Assembly: GCA_965207735.1 (NCBI GenBank)
Contig: OZ242296.1
Coordinates: 4,096,001-4,160,000, forward strand
From: Candidatus Versatilivorator sp.
Lineage (GTDB): Bacteria; Acidobacteriota; Terriglobia; Versatilivoradales; Versatilivoraceae
Direction: 5' to 3'
DNA: 64,000 nucleotides
Shown here: piece after piece, positions 1 to 8,973 of the stretch
Numbering within the stretch: position 1 is the first letter of the stretch
How the letters are laid out: each line of letters begins with the position of its first letter
Translations under genes and position numbers: made by a program
Notes under the pieces: generated by a model
Seen by the model: the letters and a program-made list of their open reading frames with translations, nothing else
What the model was told of the DNA's origin: nothing
Databases searched by the model: none

Positions 1-2
1 AC

Positions 3-1097
3 CTGGAGTGCATCGCCTGCCACGACGGAGCCCACCACCTGGAAAAGATCAACCTCTGGCTCAGCCAAAAAAAGCGGGAGGAGTTCTGGCGCCAGGCCTC
101 CTTTTTCGGGGGCATTCGGATGTCCCGCGGCTTCGGGATCGGCCAGGAATTTCCCGTGCAGGAAGCCTCCCACCGCTATGACCTGAAGTACCCCAGCGTC
201 AAGCGCATGACGCGCTATTCGGCGGACACCACTCCCACCTTCCTGCTCGACGGCGAGCAGGCCAGGCCGGGAGAGGACCTTCGCCGGGCCTACGCCCGCA
301 TGCTCACTTCCCATCCCCAGTTTGCCCGGGCTACCGCCAACCTGATCTGGACCGAGCTGATGGGGGTCGGCATCGTCGATCCTCCCTTCGAGTTCGACCT
401 GGCCCGCCAGGACCCCGGCGATCCCCCGCCCTCTCCCTGGACCATCCAGCCCACCCACCCGGAGCTGCTGGACGCCCTGGGGAAAGACTTCGCGGAGAGC
501 GGCTTCAGCTTGCGGGCCATTATCCGGCGGATCGCCAAGTCGAGCACCTATCAGCTCTCCAGCCGGTTTCCCGGCCAGTGGCGCCCCGAATATGCCCGCT
601 ATTTCGCCCGGCGCAATGCCCGGCGCCTCTCGGCAGCCCAACTCCACGACAGCCTCTGTCAGGCCACCGGGGTCTTCCCCGAGATCCCCATCATGGGCAC
701 CGACCTCAAGGTCAAGTACGTGATGCAGACCCGGGGACCCTACGACCTGCAGGGCGAGCTGAAGGTCTTTCTGGCCGCCTTTGGCCGGAGCAACCGCGAC
801 GTGGCCGACAAGAGCCTGGCCGGCTCTACCGTGCAGGCCTCGCTCTTACTGAACAGCGACCTGATCAAGGAGAAGGTTCAGGCGGGCAAGGGCCGACTGA
901 AAGCGCTGCTCAAGCAGGAGCCCCTCAAGAGCAACCAGACCATCGTGGAAGAGCTCTTTCTGGCGACTCTGGGCCGGCTCCCGCGAGACGAGGAGCAGCG
1001 CTTGGGGGTGGCTCAGATTGAAACCTACCGCGAGTCCGGTGCCGAGGACCTGCTCTGGAGCCTCCTCAACACCAAGGAGTTTCTTTTCAACCTTTAG
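3..1097 (+). CDS. DUF1549/DUF1553 (PSD1, planctomycete cytochrome-c-associated) protein, 5'-truncated by the window edge
   Basis: Frame is open from position 3 (LECIACHDG, CxxCH-like motif). Contains FARATANLIW..LMGVGIVDP, PTHPELLDALG.DF, RRLSAAQLHD and C-terminal EDLLWSLLNTKEFLFN, all typical of DUF1553. Followed by a DUF1501 gene. Confidence 0.85.
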   Translation: MECIACHDGAHHLEKINLWLSQKKREEFWRQASFFGGIRMSRGFGIGQEFPVQEASHRYDLKYPSVKRMTRYSADTTPTFLLDGEQARPGEDLRRAYARMLTSHPQFARATANLIWTELMGVGIVDPPFEFDLARQDPGDPPPSPWTIQPTHPELLDALGKDFAESGFSLRAIIRRIAKSSTYQLSSRFPGQWRPEYARYFARRNARRLSAAQLHDSLCQATGVFPEIPIMGTDLKVKYVMQTRGPYDLQGELKVFLAAFGRSNRDVADKSLAGSTVQASLLLNSDLIKEKVQAGKGRLKALLKQEPLKSNQTIVEELFLATLGRLPRDEEQRLGVAQIETYRESGAEDLLWSLLNTKEFLFNL

Positions 1098-1125
1098 GAG
1101 AGGTACCAGCACCATGGAAGAAGCC

Positions 1126-2511
1126 ATGACCCGCATTCCCCAATTGACCCGGCGGGGCTTCATTCGCGCCGGGGCCGCCACGGCCACCGGTTTCTGCCTT
1201 TCGCCCATGATGGACCCGCTCAACCTGCGGGCATCCCGCAAGGTGAACCCCCGGGGCAGCGCCGACTACTGCATCTTTCTCTTTCTGGACGGCGGGCCCA
1301 GCCAGATCGACACCTTCGACTTCAAGGAGGGGCATTACACGCCGGCGGACTTCGACCTGCGGACCGTCAAGGGCGGGATGTTGAAACTGCCCTACGCCTT
1401 GTTCCCCCGGCTGTCGGAGAAGCTGGACGACCTGGCCATCGTGCGTTCGGTGGAGGCTTGGGAAGCCGGCCACTCCCGAGCCCAGTACGTCCTGCAGGTG
1501 GCTCACCCGGTCAGCCCGGCCCGCCGGGCCGAAATGCCTTCCCTGGGAGCCGTCGTCGCCTACGAAATGGAGGCCCGCCGCAAGCCCGGCGATTTTCTCC
1601 CTCCCTTCGTGTCCATGAACTACAACATCACCAGCGGCGCCGGCATCGTGGGGTCCGGTTGTCTTGAGCCACGATACGGTCCCCTGGCCTTCAATACCCA
1701 GGAGAGTCGGCACTTCCTGCTGGAGGACGGCGACAGGGAACGCTTTCTGAGGCGGTGGGATCTGCTGAGTCGGCTGGAGCAGGGACATCCGGTTTCGTCG
1801 ACCGGGAGTTCGCGCCCGATCGAAGAGTTCCGATCCTACTACGGGGAGGCCCACTCCATCATGATGGCTCCCGAGGTCCAGGAAGTCTTCAAGCTGGAGA
1901 CGGAGGAACGCAAGCGCTACGGGTCTTCGGCCCTGGGGGATGCCTGCATCCTGGGGCGCAACCTGATCGCGGCCGAGGCCGGCACCCGCTATGTGTTCAT
2001 CACCCATGACGGCTGGGACCTTCACGCCAAGGCCTACGACAAGACCAGCACTCCCAACCAGTACACTCTGGGCCGGGAGCTGGATGCGGCTTTCGCCAGC
2101 CTGTTGACCGACCTGAGCCGGCGCAAGACCAAGGACGGACAGGCGCTGCTGGACCGCACCCTGATTGTCTGCATGGGCGAATTCGGACGTACCGTGGGGG
2201 ACCTCACGGTCAACAAGGGCCGCGATCACCACCGCTTCGCTTCCACCAGCCTGTTTGCGGGCGGCGGAGTCCGGGGCGGCCGCATCATCGGCGCCACCGA
2301 CCCTACCGGCGGCAAAGTGGTGGATTCCGGATGGAGCCAGAAGCGGTCCATCTATATCGAAGACATCGCCGCCACCATGTACTCCGCCCTGGGCATCGAC
2401 TGGTCCAAGAAGATCACCAACACCCCCTCGGGTCGGGCTTTCGAGTACCTGGAACCGGTCTCGGGAACCACCTTCCTGAACGTGGACGAGATCACACCGC
2501 TGTTTGCTTGA
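1126..2511 (+). CDS. DUF1501 family protein with twin-arginine (Tat) signal
   Basis: N-terminal LTRRGFIRAG, then IFLFLDGGPSQIDTFD, GWDLH, MGEFGRT and GRDHH motifs. Alternative ATG at 1114. Confidence 0.88.
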   Translation: MTRIPQLTRRGFIRAGAATATGFCLSPMMDPLNLRASRKVNPRGSADYCIFLFLDGGPSQIDTFDFKEGHYTPADFDLRTVKGGMLKLPYALFPRLSEKLDDLAIVRSVEAWEAGHSRAQYVLQVAHPVSPARRAEMPSLGAVVAYEMEARRKPGDFLPPFVSMNYNITSGAGIVGSGCLEPRYGPLAFNTQESRHFLLEDGDRERFLRRWDLLSRLEQGHPVSSTGSSRPIEEFRSYYGEAHSIMMAPEVQEVFKLETEERKRYGSSALGDACILGRNLIAAEAGTRYVFITHDGWDLHAKAYDKTSTPNQYTLGRELDAAFASLLTDLSRRKTKDGQALLDRTLIVCMGEFGRTVGDLTVNKGRDHHRFASTSLFAGGGVRGGRIIGATDPTGGKVVDSGWSQKRSIYIEDIAATMYSALGIDWSKKITNTPSGRAFEYLEPVSGTTFLNVDEITPLFA

Positions 2512-2675
2512 GATCCGGCGCGGAATTGCGGCTGACTCGACGATCACCTCAAGACATCCGCCGCATTTCCGCGGCGCAGCCGCCTTCCGGCCGTGGAGTT
2601 ACTACCCCCGATGAGCCGCCTGATGTATGGTGCGGGGACTCGGCTCAACACCTACCAAGCCCGCGGGTACCTGCT

Positions 2676-3199
2676 GAGAAGTTCAGCTTTCAGGGTAACC
2701 TGTTGACTGGATCGCTTCCATCAGAGTTGAACCATCTGCCCGATGTCCATGTGTTAAACCTGACCGCAAGTAGTTCGGGCTCGAACCGCGTTGAGGTTAG
2801 CTGGGACGACCTGGGAGACCCGGCGGCGGAATACGAGTGCCGGCTTCGGGATGAGACCGAAACCTGGACTGAGTGGGTTCCGATTGAAGATCCAGAGACG
2901 ATGTTGAGGGGAGTGAGGGCGTGGCGATTGAGTGGACGCTGACCGGTCTGCCCACCGATGTCGTCGATGACCAGATTGAGATTATGTTGAGTAACGACAC
3001 CGGCACCCATACATCGCGTGCCGAGGTGAAGCAACAGGTGACCGCCGGGGCTTTCGACCCCGGCTCGTCGGAGAACCTCTTCGTTCCCGTCCTTCTGACC
3101 TCGGGCAACAACCCGTTTGTTGCCTACGGGGTGATCAACGACGGCGGCCGACCTGGTCAACGGAGTGGAGATGGGGCCTATCTACCGGCACGGGAGTAG
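2676..3199 (+). pseudogene. Remnant of an LRR/YGVIND-domain protein, paralogous to the gene at 3757-8653
   Basis: EKFSFQGNLLTG..VLNLTA..WDD..EDPETML aligns with EEFSVQGNRL..VLNLTA..WDD..ENPETML of the 6104 ORF. There is a frameshift near 2905-2920. LFVPVLL is joined directly to the C-terminal TSGNNPFVAYGVINDGGRPG. No start codon or N-terminus. Confidence 0.8.
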
Positions 3200-3388
3200 C
3201 GATGTGGCTTTACGGGAAGGCCTCCTCGACGGACAGAACCTCATACGGTAATTCTCTCCACATGGTTGAGGGGAACACGCCGTCGCCCCCGTCATACCCG
3301 CCGGGTGGTCCCAAGGTTGGCATTGGAGGGCCGGGTATTGGACATCCTTGAGCGGCACCTGCCGGGAGAGCAGATAGGTCTTCACTAG

Positions 3389-3631
3389 CCCGCATTTCTC
3401 ACCAGGGGGCATGATCATGGCGCAGGATTTTCCCCTTCAGCGCGTGCTCGCGACCGAAGAGCGTAGCGGTCACTTCGCGCGAGGGAGCATGTGCGCGCTG
3501 AAGGGAAAAAGACAAGCCAGGGCATGCCCAGCGCCGTCTGTTGCCCGCAAGCCCTTACCATGGAGCCAATCAAAGTACTGAAGATGAACTACTTCTCGTC
3601 ATGGCACCAGCGACCTGGCGAGAAATGCGGG
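3389..3631. mobile_element. 243-bp non-autonomous MITE with IS1380-type ends
   Basis: Begins CCCGCATTTCTCACCAGG and ends CCTGGCGAGAAATGCGGG. Flanked by CTAG at 3385-3388 and 3632-3635. The ends match those of the IS at 4436-6133. No transposase. Confidence 0.85.
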
Positions 3632-4435
3632 CTAGGCAACCAACAAGTCCTCACTGGCGAGGTCCACCGTTTTTCGGGGGATAAGGCAGTCCTAAACGCG
3701 GTCTGGCACGGGGACCGATTGGTGACTGCTGTCACGGTAAAGGTGGAGAACACAGAATGAGTCCGACAGCGATTTGGAGACGTTGCAGTCATTCCGCCAA
3801 GGTCAGATGGGTTCGACTCCTCGCGACAGTGATGCTCATTGCGGCGGGGAGTTCACCCCTTCTGGCCTGCGATGATGGAACGGCTGTGCCGGACCCGAAC
3901 CACAATCCCGGCTTGGTCGCAGACTGTAAGGCCCTTTTGGCTTTTCATGACGAGTTGGCCGGCCACACGACTTTGAACTGGAGTAGCGGCTTGGCCATAA
4001 CCGCTTGGGAAGGAATCGGCGTATCGGGGTCGCCGAGCCGTGTATCGGCGTTGAACCTCGAGCAACATCGTCTCACCGGGAAGATTCCAGCAGCGTTAAG
4101 TCAACTGTCCTCGCTACAGACACTGCATCTTGGTGGAAACCGGCTGGCGGGAGAGATCCCGGAAGCGCTGGGTCAACTTTCGTTGCTGCAGACGTTGGAT
4201 CTCAGCAGTAACCGGGTGACGGGGGCGATTCCGGAGGCGTTGGGACGGTTGTCCTCCCTGCAGACACTGGATCTCGGCAGCAACCAGCTGACGGGGGCGA
4301 TCCCGGACGAACTAGGTCAACTGTCCTTGTTGCAGAGGATGGATCTCTACAATAACCGTTTGACGGGGGCGATCCCGGAGACGTTGGGACAATTGTCCAA
4401 TCTGGAGATCCTGTTTCTACACCGCAACCAACTAG

Positions 4436-6133
4436 CCCGCATTTCTCACCAGAGTTCGCACAGGAGCGGTAAAAGGGGCCATGGAGGCATTTGAGGCCGA
4501 GTTTAACAACGTTGGTGGCTGGATCGGTAGGCAAAGGCCAACAGCGGAGGCTTCTGAGGCTCTCCGAGGAACCTCAGGCGGCATTTTCCCTCGAAAACAG
4601 CGACACCTCTGCCATCGGGCCTGGTGGCCGCGTCTTCAAGGGCCAGGAGTGACGGTCGGGTCAGGGCACCTCAGGGCGGCAGGTGAGCCCAAGCGATGCG
4701 GAACTCCCTCTGGTAAGGACATCCGGAAGCCATGGCGACCTTGATGCGACGGACCGAGATGGTGACCTGAGCGCCGATCTTGAGCAGTTTGAGTCTGATG
4801 GAACCGACGGTGGCCCGGGCCAGGCAGGTGGATTGCAGCGCCCGCCGGCGCAAGCCCTCCACCAGCACATAGGCGAAAGAGGTCATCAGGAGCCGGAGCT
4901 GATTCGCCCGGAAGGAGTGGGTGGAGGTGCGATCGGCAAACAGGTCGAGTTGCTGCTCCTTGATGCGGTTTTCCATCTCACCGCGGGCACAGTAGATCTT
5001 CTCATAGAGGAACTGGGCGGGGTAGTCCTGGACCGACAGAGAGGTGACGACGAAGCGGGGGTTGGGGCCGCGGGGCAGGACCTCGGCTTTGGCGACCAGG
5101 CGGCGCTCGTGGGACCAGCTCTTGTGAGTGCGGTAGGAGAGGTCGGTGAAGATCCGGGCGGGCTGCTGTTGCTGGTCTGAGAGGGCCTGGGCCTGAGCCA
5201 ACTCGGGGGCGATGGCGTCTTGGAGGCGGGAGTTGCGGGCCAGGCCGAAGAGATAGTCGACCTGATGCTGCTCACACCACCCCATCAGCTCCTCACGGGC
5301 AAAGCCGGAGTCGGCCCGCAGCAGGATCTTGACCTGAGGCCAGACACGCCGTAGGCGGGAGACGATGCGCTGGACCTGCTCCAGAGCGCCGGCGGAGGCA
5401 TCGATGTTGGCGGGTCTGAGCAGGGCCGAGAGCAGATGGCGGCCCGAGAAGATGTAGAGGGGCAGGTAGCAGTAGCCTCGGTAGTAGCCGTGGAAGAAGC
5501 GGTCCTCTTGTTCCCCGTGGAGGGGATCGTCAGTGGCGTCGAGGTCGAGGATGATCTCATCGGGGGGTTGGGGATGGGCTTGCAGAAACAGTTTCACCAG
5601 GAGGGCTTGCAAGGCCTCGGGGTCGTGGTCAATCTTGTGGTAGCGGGTGGGGCCTTGGGTGGGGGCGTGTTCGAGTCGGTTGAGGGTGCTCTTGCCTGCC
5701 AGGGGAGGCGAGTCGCCACGACGGCCTTTCTCTGAAAACAAGGCCATGAGGGGATCGTGACGGAGTTGGTCGTGGTCGATGAGATCCTCGTAGCCGAGGG
5801 CGATGCCACGGATGCGCTGAGCGATGAGGGTGCGCAGGCTGTATTGGGTCCGCTTGGGGTCGCGGTGATCGGTGAAACAGTCGGCCACCTGGTCGGAGAG
5901 AGATAAGCCCCGATCCACCCGGCGCAACAGCAGGGAGCCGGCATCGGAAGTGATGGGACCGCCGTCGAAATCAGCCACCACGCGGCGGCGGCCGTGGGGT
6001 TCAAACTCCAGGGGTTTGGTGTTACACTGTGTCGGCATCGGTTCTCCTTTAAGAATCTGGTTAACTCCTTAGACAAGAGTATTTTACCAGATTCCGAGAA
6101 CCGATGCTTCCTACCTCTGGTGAGAAATGCGGG
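4436..6133 (-). mobile_element. IS1380-family insertion sequence (1698 bp)
   Basis: Terminal inverted repeats CCCGCATTTCTCACCAGAG / CTCTGGTGAGAAATGCGGG, a CTAG target duplication (4432-4435 and 6134-6137), and a single transposase ORF. Confidence 0.93.
4671..6038 (-). CDS. IS1380-family DDE transposase
   Basis: FDGGPITSDAG, GYEDL.DHD.LR.DP, ILDLDATDD, LLRADSGF and Y..RGEMENRIKEQQ motifs. 455 aa, intact. Confidence 0.93.
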   Translation of the reverse strand: MPTQCNTKPLEFEPHGRRRVVADFDGGPITSDAGSLLLRRVDRGLSLSDQVADCFTDHRDPKRTQYSLRTLIAQRIRGIALGYEDLIDHDQLRHDPLMALFSEKGRRGDSPPLAGKSTLNRLEHAPTQGPTRYHKIDHDPEALQALLVKLFLQAHPQPPDEIILDLDATDDPLHGEQEDRFFHGYYRGYCYLPLYIFSGRHLLSALLRPANIDASAGALEQVQRIVSRLRRVWPQVKILLRADSGFAREELMGWCEQHQVDYLFGLARNSRLQDAIAPELAQAQALSDQQQQPARIFTDLSYRTHKSWSHERRLVAKAEVLPRGPNPRFVVTSLSVQDYPAQFLYEKIYCARGEMENRIKEQQLDLFADRTSTHSFRANQLRLLMTSFAYVLVEGLRRRALQSTCLARATVGSIRLKLLKIGAQVTISVRRIKVAMASGCPYQREFRIAWAHLPP

Positions 6134-7800
6134 CTAGCGGGGAACATCCCGAACGAGTTGGGTCGACTGTCGAGTCTGCAGAAGTTGGCTCTCCTATTCA
6201 ATCAACTGACGGGGGAGATCCCGGCAGCATTGGGCCGATTGTCCAACCTGGAATTTCTATACCTTAACGGCAATGACCTGACAGGAGATATCCCGCCCGA
6301 ACTGAGTCAACTGTCCCAGCTGGAGGGGTTGTTTTTGGGTCACAACCGTTTGACGGGAGAGATCCCGGAGACATTGGGCGATCTGTCCCTACTGAATTTC
6401 CTGTTTCTCAACAACAATCAACTGACGGGGGAGATTCCATCGAGGTTGGGGCACCTGATCCGGCTGTCATTGTTGCACCTCGATCAAAACCGACTGACGG
6501 GACCAATCCCGACGTTCTGGTTCCAGATGCCCTTTCTGCTGGAGTTGTCACTCTCCGCCAACCAGTTGACGGGCGAGATCCCCCCCTCCTTGCGGCAAAT
6601 GCCTCATCTGCAGAAGTTGTCTCTCGACAACAACCAACTGACAGGGTCGATTCCACGCGAGTTGGGCACACTGGAACGGCTGGAGGCTTTGCACCTCCAG
6701 CACAACCAATTGACAGGGCCAATCCCGGCAGAGTTGGGCCAATTGCCCCACCTGGAAGAGTTCAGCGTCCAGGGCAATCGGTTGTCGGAACCCTTCCCTG
6801 GCCGGTTGAATGGTCTGCCCCTGTATTACGTATTGAACCTGACCGCAACTCGGCCGGACACGGATCGGATGAAGGTCACTTGGGACGACCCTCTCGACCC
6901 CAATGTCCATTACTGGTACCGGCTTCAGGGCGAGAACGGGATTTGGACGAGATGGACGTTGGTAGAGAATCCCGAGACGATGCTGCAGCGGGGAGAGGGA
7001 GTAACGATCGAGTTGACGCTGACAGGACTGCCCACCGATACGGTCTATCGACAGATTGAGGTATCGCTGGGTACTCCACAGTATCTCTTCCACCTTTCAT
7101 GGATTTCTTCCGTTAGACACCTGGTACCCCTGGCGGCTTCAGAACCCGTTCCGGAGCGCAGTCTCTTCGTTCCTGTCATATTGAGCTCGACCGGTCGGAG
7201 TAAATCTTTTTTCACATCGGAGTTGACCGTGACGAACCGGGGGAATCGTGAGACAAGGCTCGACTTCGAATACGCGTACACGAGCCGTTACGGTTTAGAG
7301 ATCAGAAGACTATACGAATTCCTGGAACCTGGGCGGCAGTTGATCGTTCCTGACGCTATCGAGTTCCTTCGCAAACGTGGTGTCCCCCTACCCTCTCAAA
7401 GGAACCAGCTCGGGACGCTGAGGGTGGAGTTCGTGGGTTCTTTGGAGGTAAGTGCGATGGCGAGAACCACCACCGAGGTGCACAACGGCCGGGCCGGGTT
7501 GGCCTATCCGGGAATTGCGGAAGGCGAGGGGTTCGAGGAAGCGGTGTATCTGTGCGGCCTCCGCCAGAACCAACAGGACCGTTCCAATGTCGCCATCCAG
7601 AATATGGGGGCCGTGGAAGAAAGAGAGATCGTACTGAGGACCACGGTGTTTTCCGGAGATCCGGCTGCCCCGGTGAGGAGCATGGTCTTGCCGGATCTCA
7701 TCACCTTGCCTCCGGGAGGGTTCCATCAGTACGACGGCATCCTGAAGGAGGCCGGTTTTGAAAACGGCTACGTGAAGGTGGAGCGAGTGGAGGGGAGGGC

Positions 7801-7884
7801 GCCCTTCTATGCCTACGGGGTCATCAACGACAATTTCAATTCGCCCTTCTATGCCTACGGGGTCATCAACGACAATTTCAATTC
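7801..7884 (+). repeat. Perfect 42-bp tandem duplication inside the LRR gene
   Basis: GCCCTTCTATGCCTACGGGGTCATCAACGACAATTTCAATTC occurs twice, encoding PFYAYGVINDNFNS twice. Confidence 0.95.
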
Positions 7885-8973
7885 GGACGGCTCCTTCGTC
7901 TTTCCAGTCACTGAATCCTCCCTGGTGGGGACCAGCGGACAGTCTCTGCCCGTCATCATTGAAAACAGAGGCTTCACCAGCGAGCTGACAGTAACCAACT
8001 TTTCCCCGGTTGCCAAGAGGGTGGATTTCCGCTTTGTGGCCGATGCGGTCGAGACCGATGACGACCTGGCCGGCTTCAGCCTGAGGCTGGAGCCGGGTGA
8101 GCAGCAGATCTTGCCCCAGGTGGTGGACTGGTTGCGTCAACAGGAAGTAGGGGGAATCGGCGCAGTTGGTCCGGAGTTTGTGGGCGCCCTGTTCGCCACA
8201 CCTGCCGAGGGGGACATGAGCGGCATCGTGATCGGGGCGCGGACGGGCTCTCCCGACAAGAGAGGGGGGCAGTACAGCCTCTTCTACAACGCGGTGCCCT
8301 ACGGTTCGGCTTCGGTAGAGAGCGCCTGGATTTACGGGCTGCAGCAGAACGCGAAGAACCGGAGCAACCTGGCCCTGGTCAACACGGGTGAAATCGATGA
8401 CAGCTCCAGCACTTTCGAGATCGTCATTTACGACGGCAGCGGGGAGTCTCGACCGAGAACGAAACAGGTGACGCTGAGGCCCCGCCGCTGGACGCAGGAG
8501 AACGGGATTCTAGGCAACATCAGTCAAGGGTACGTTCAGGTAAGGAAGACCTCGGGCAACAATCCGTTCGTCGCCTACGGGGTGATCAACGACGGCGGCA
8601 GGCCCGGCGAACGGAGCGGTGATGGGGCCTTCCTTGTTAGCGAGGAGCAGTAAATCCTCACCCTTTCCCGCCAGATTACGAGAGCGACCAATCGAACTGC
8701 AGGGGTTGTGAACAAACCTCCTCTCCATGCGGCTATGGTGCTTCCTTTCAAGACAGCATCAACAGAAACGCTGAAAAGGTTCCTGAACGTCTCTATCCAC
8801 TTCCCATCAACAGCTTTCCGGCAATCGTCTCTCGCTCCCCAACATTCCGAAATTGTCCCGCGGCGCAGACTCCTAGCCACTGATCACTAACCACCGACTA
8901 CTAAAACATCCGCCTTTTTGGGTCTTTCAATCCTCTCCGGGATGGGCGATCATGGATTCTGAGGGGGGGCGAA

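Larger units (their letters stand above)
3757..8653 (+). pseudogene. Large exported LRR protein (plant-type 24-aa LRRs, FN3-like segment, repeated YGVIND domains), interrupted by IS1380
   Basis: Removing the IS and one CTAG joins ...LHRNQL to AGNIPNELG in frame, giving 3195 nt (1064 aa). About 15 repeats of LxxLxLxxNxLTGxIPxxLGxL. Hydrophobic N-terminus ends in LLAC. Confidence 0.85.
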
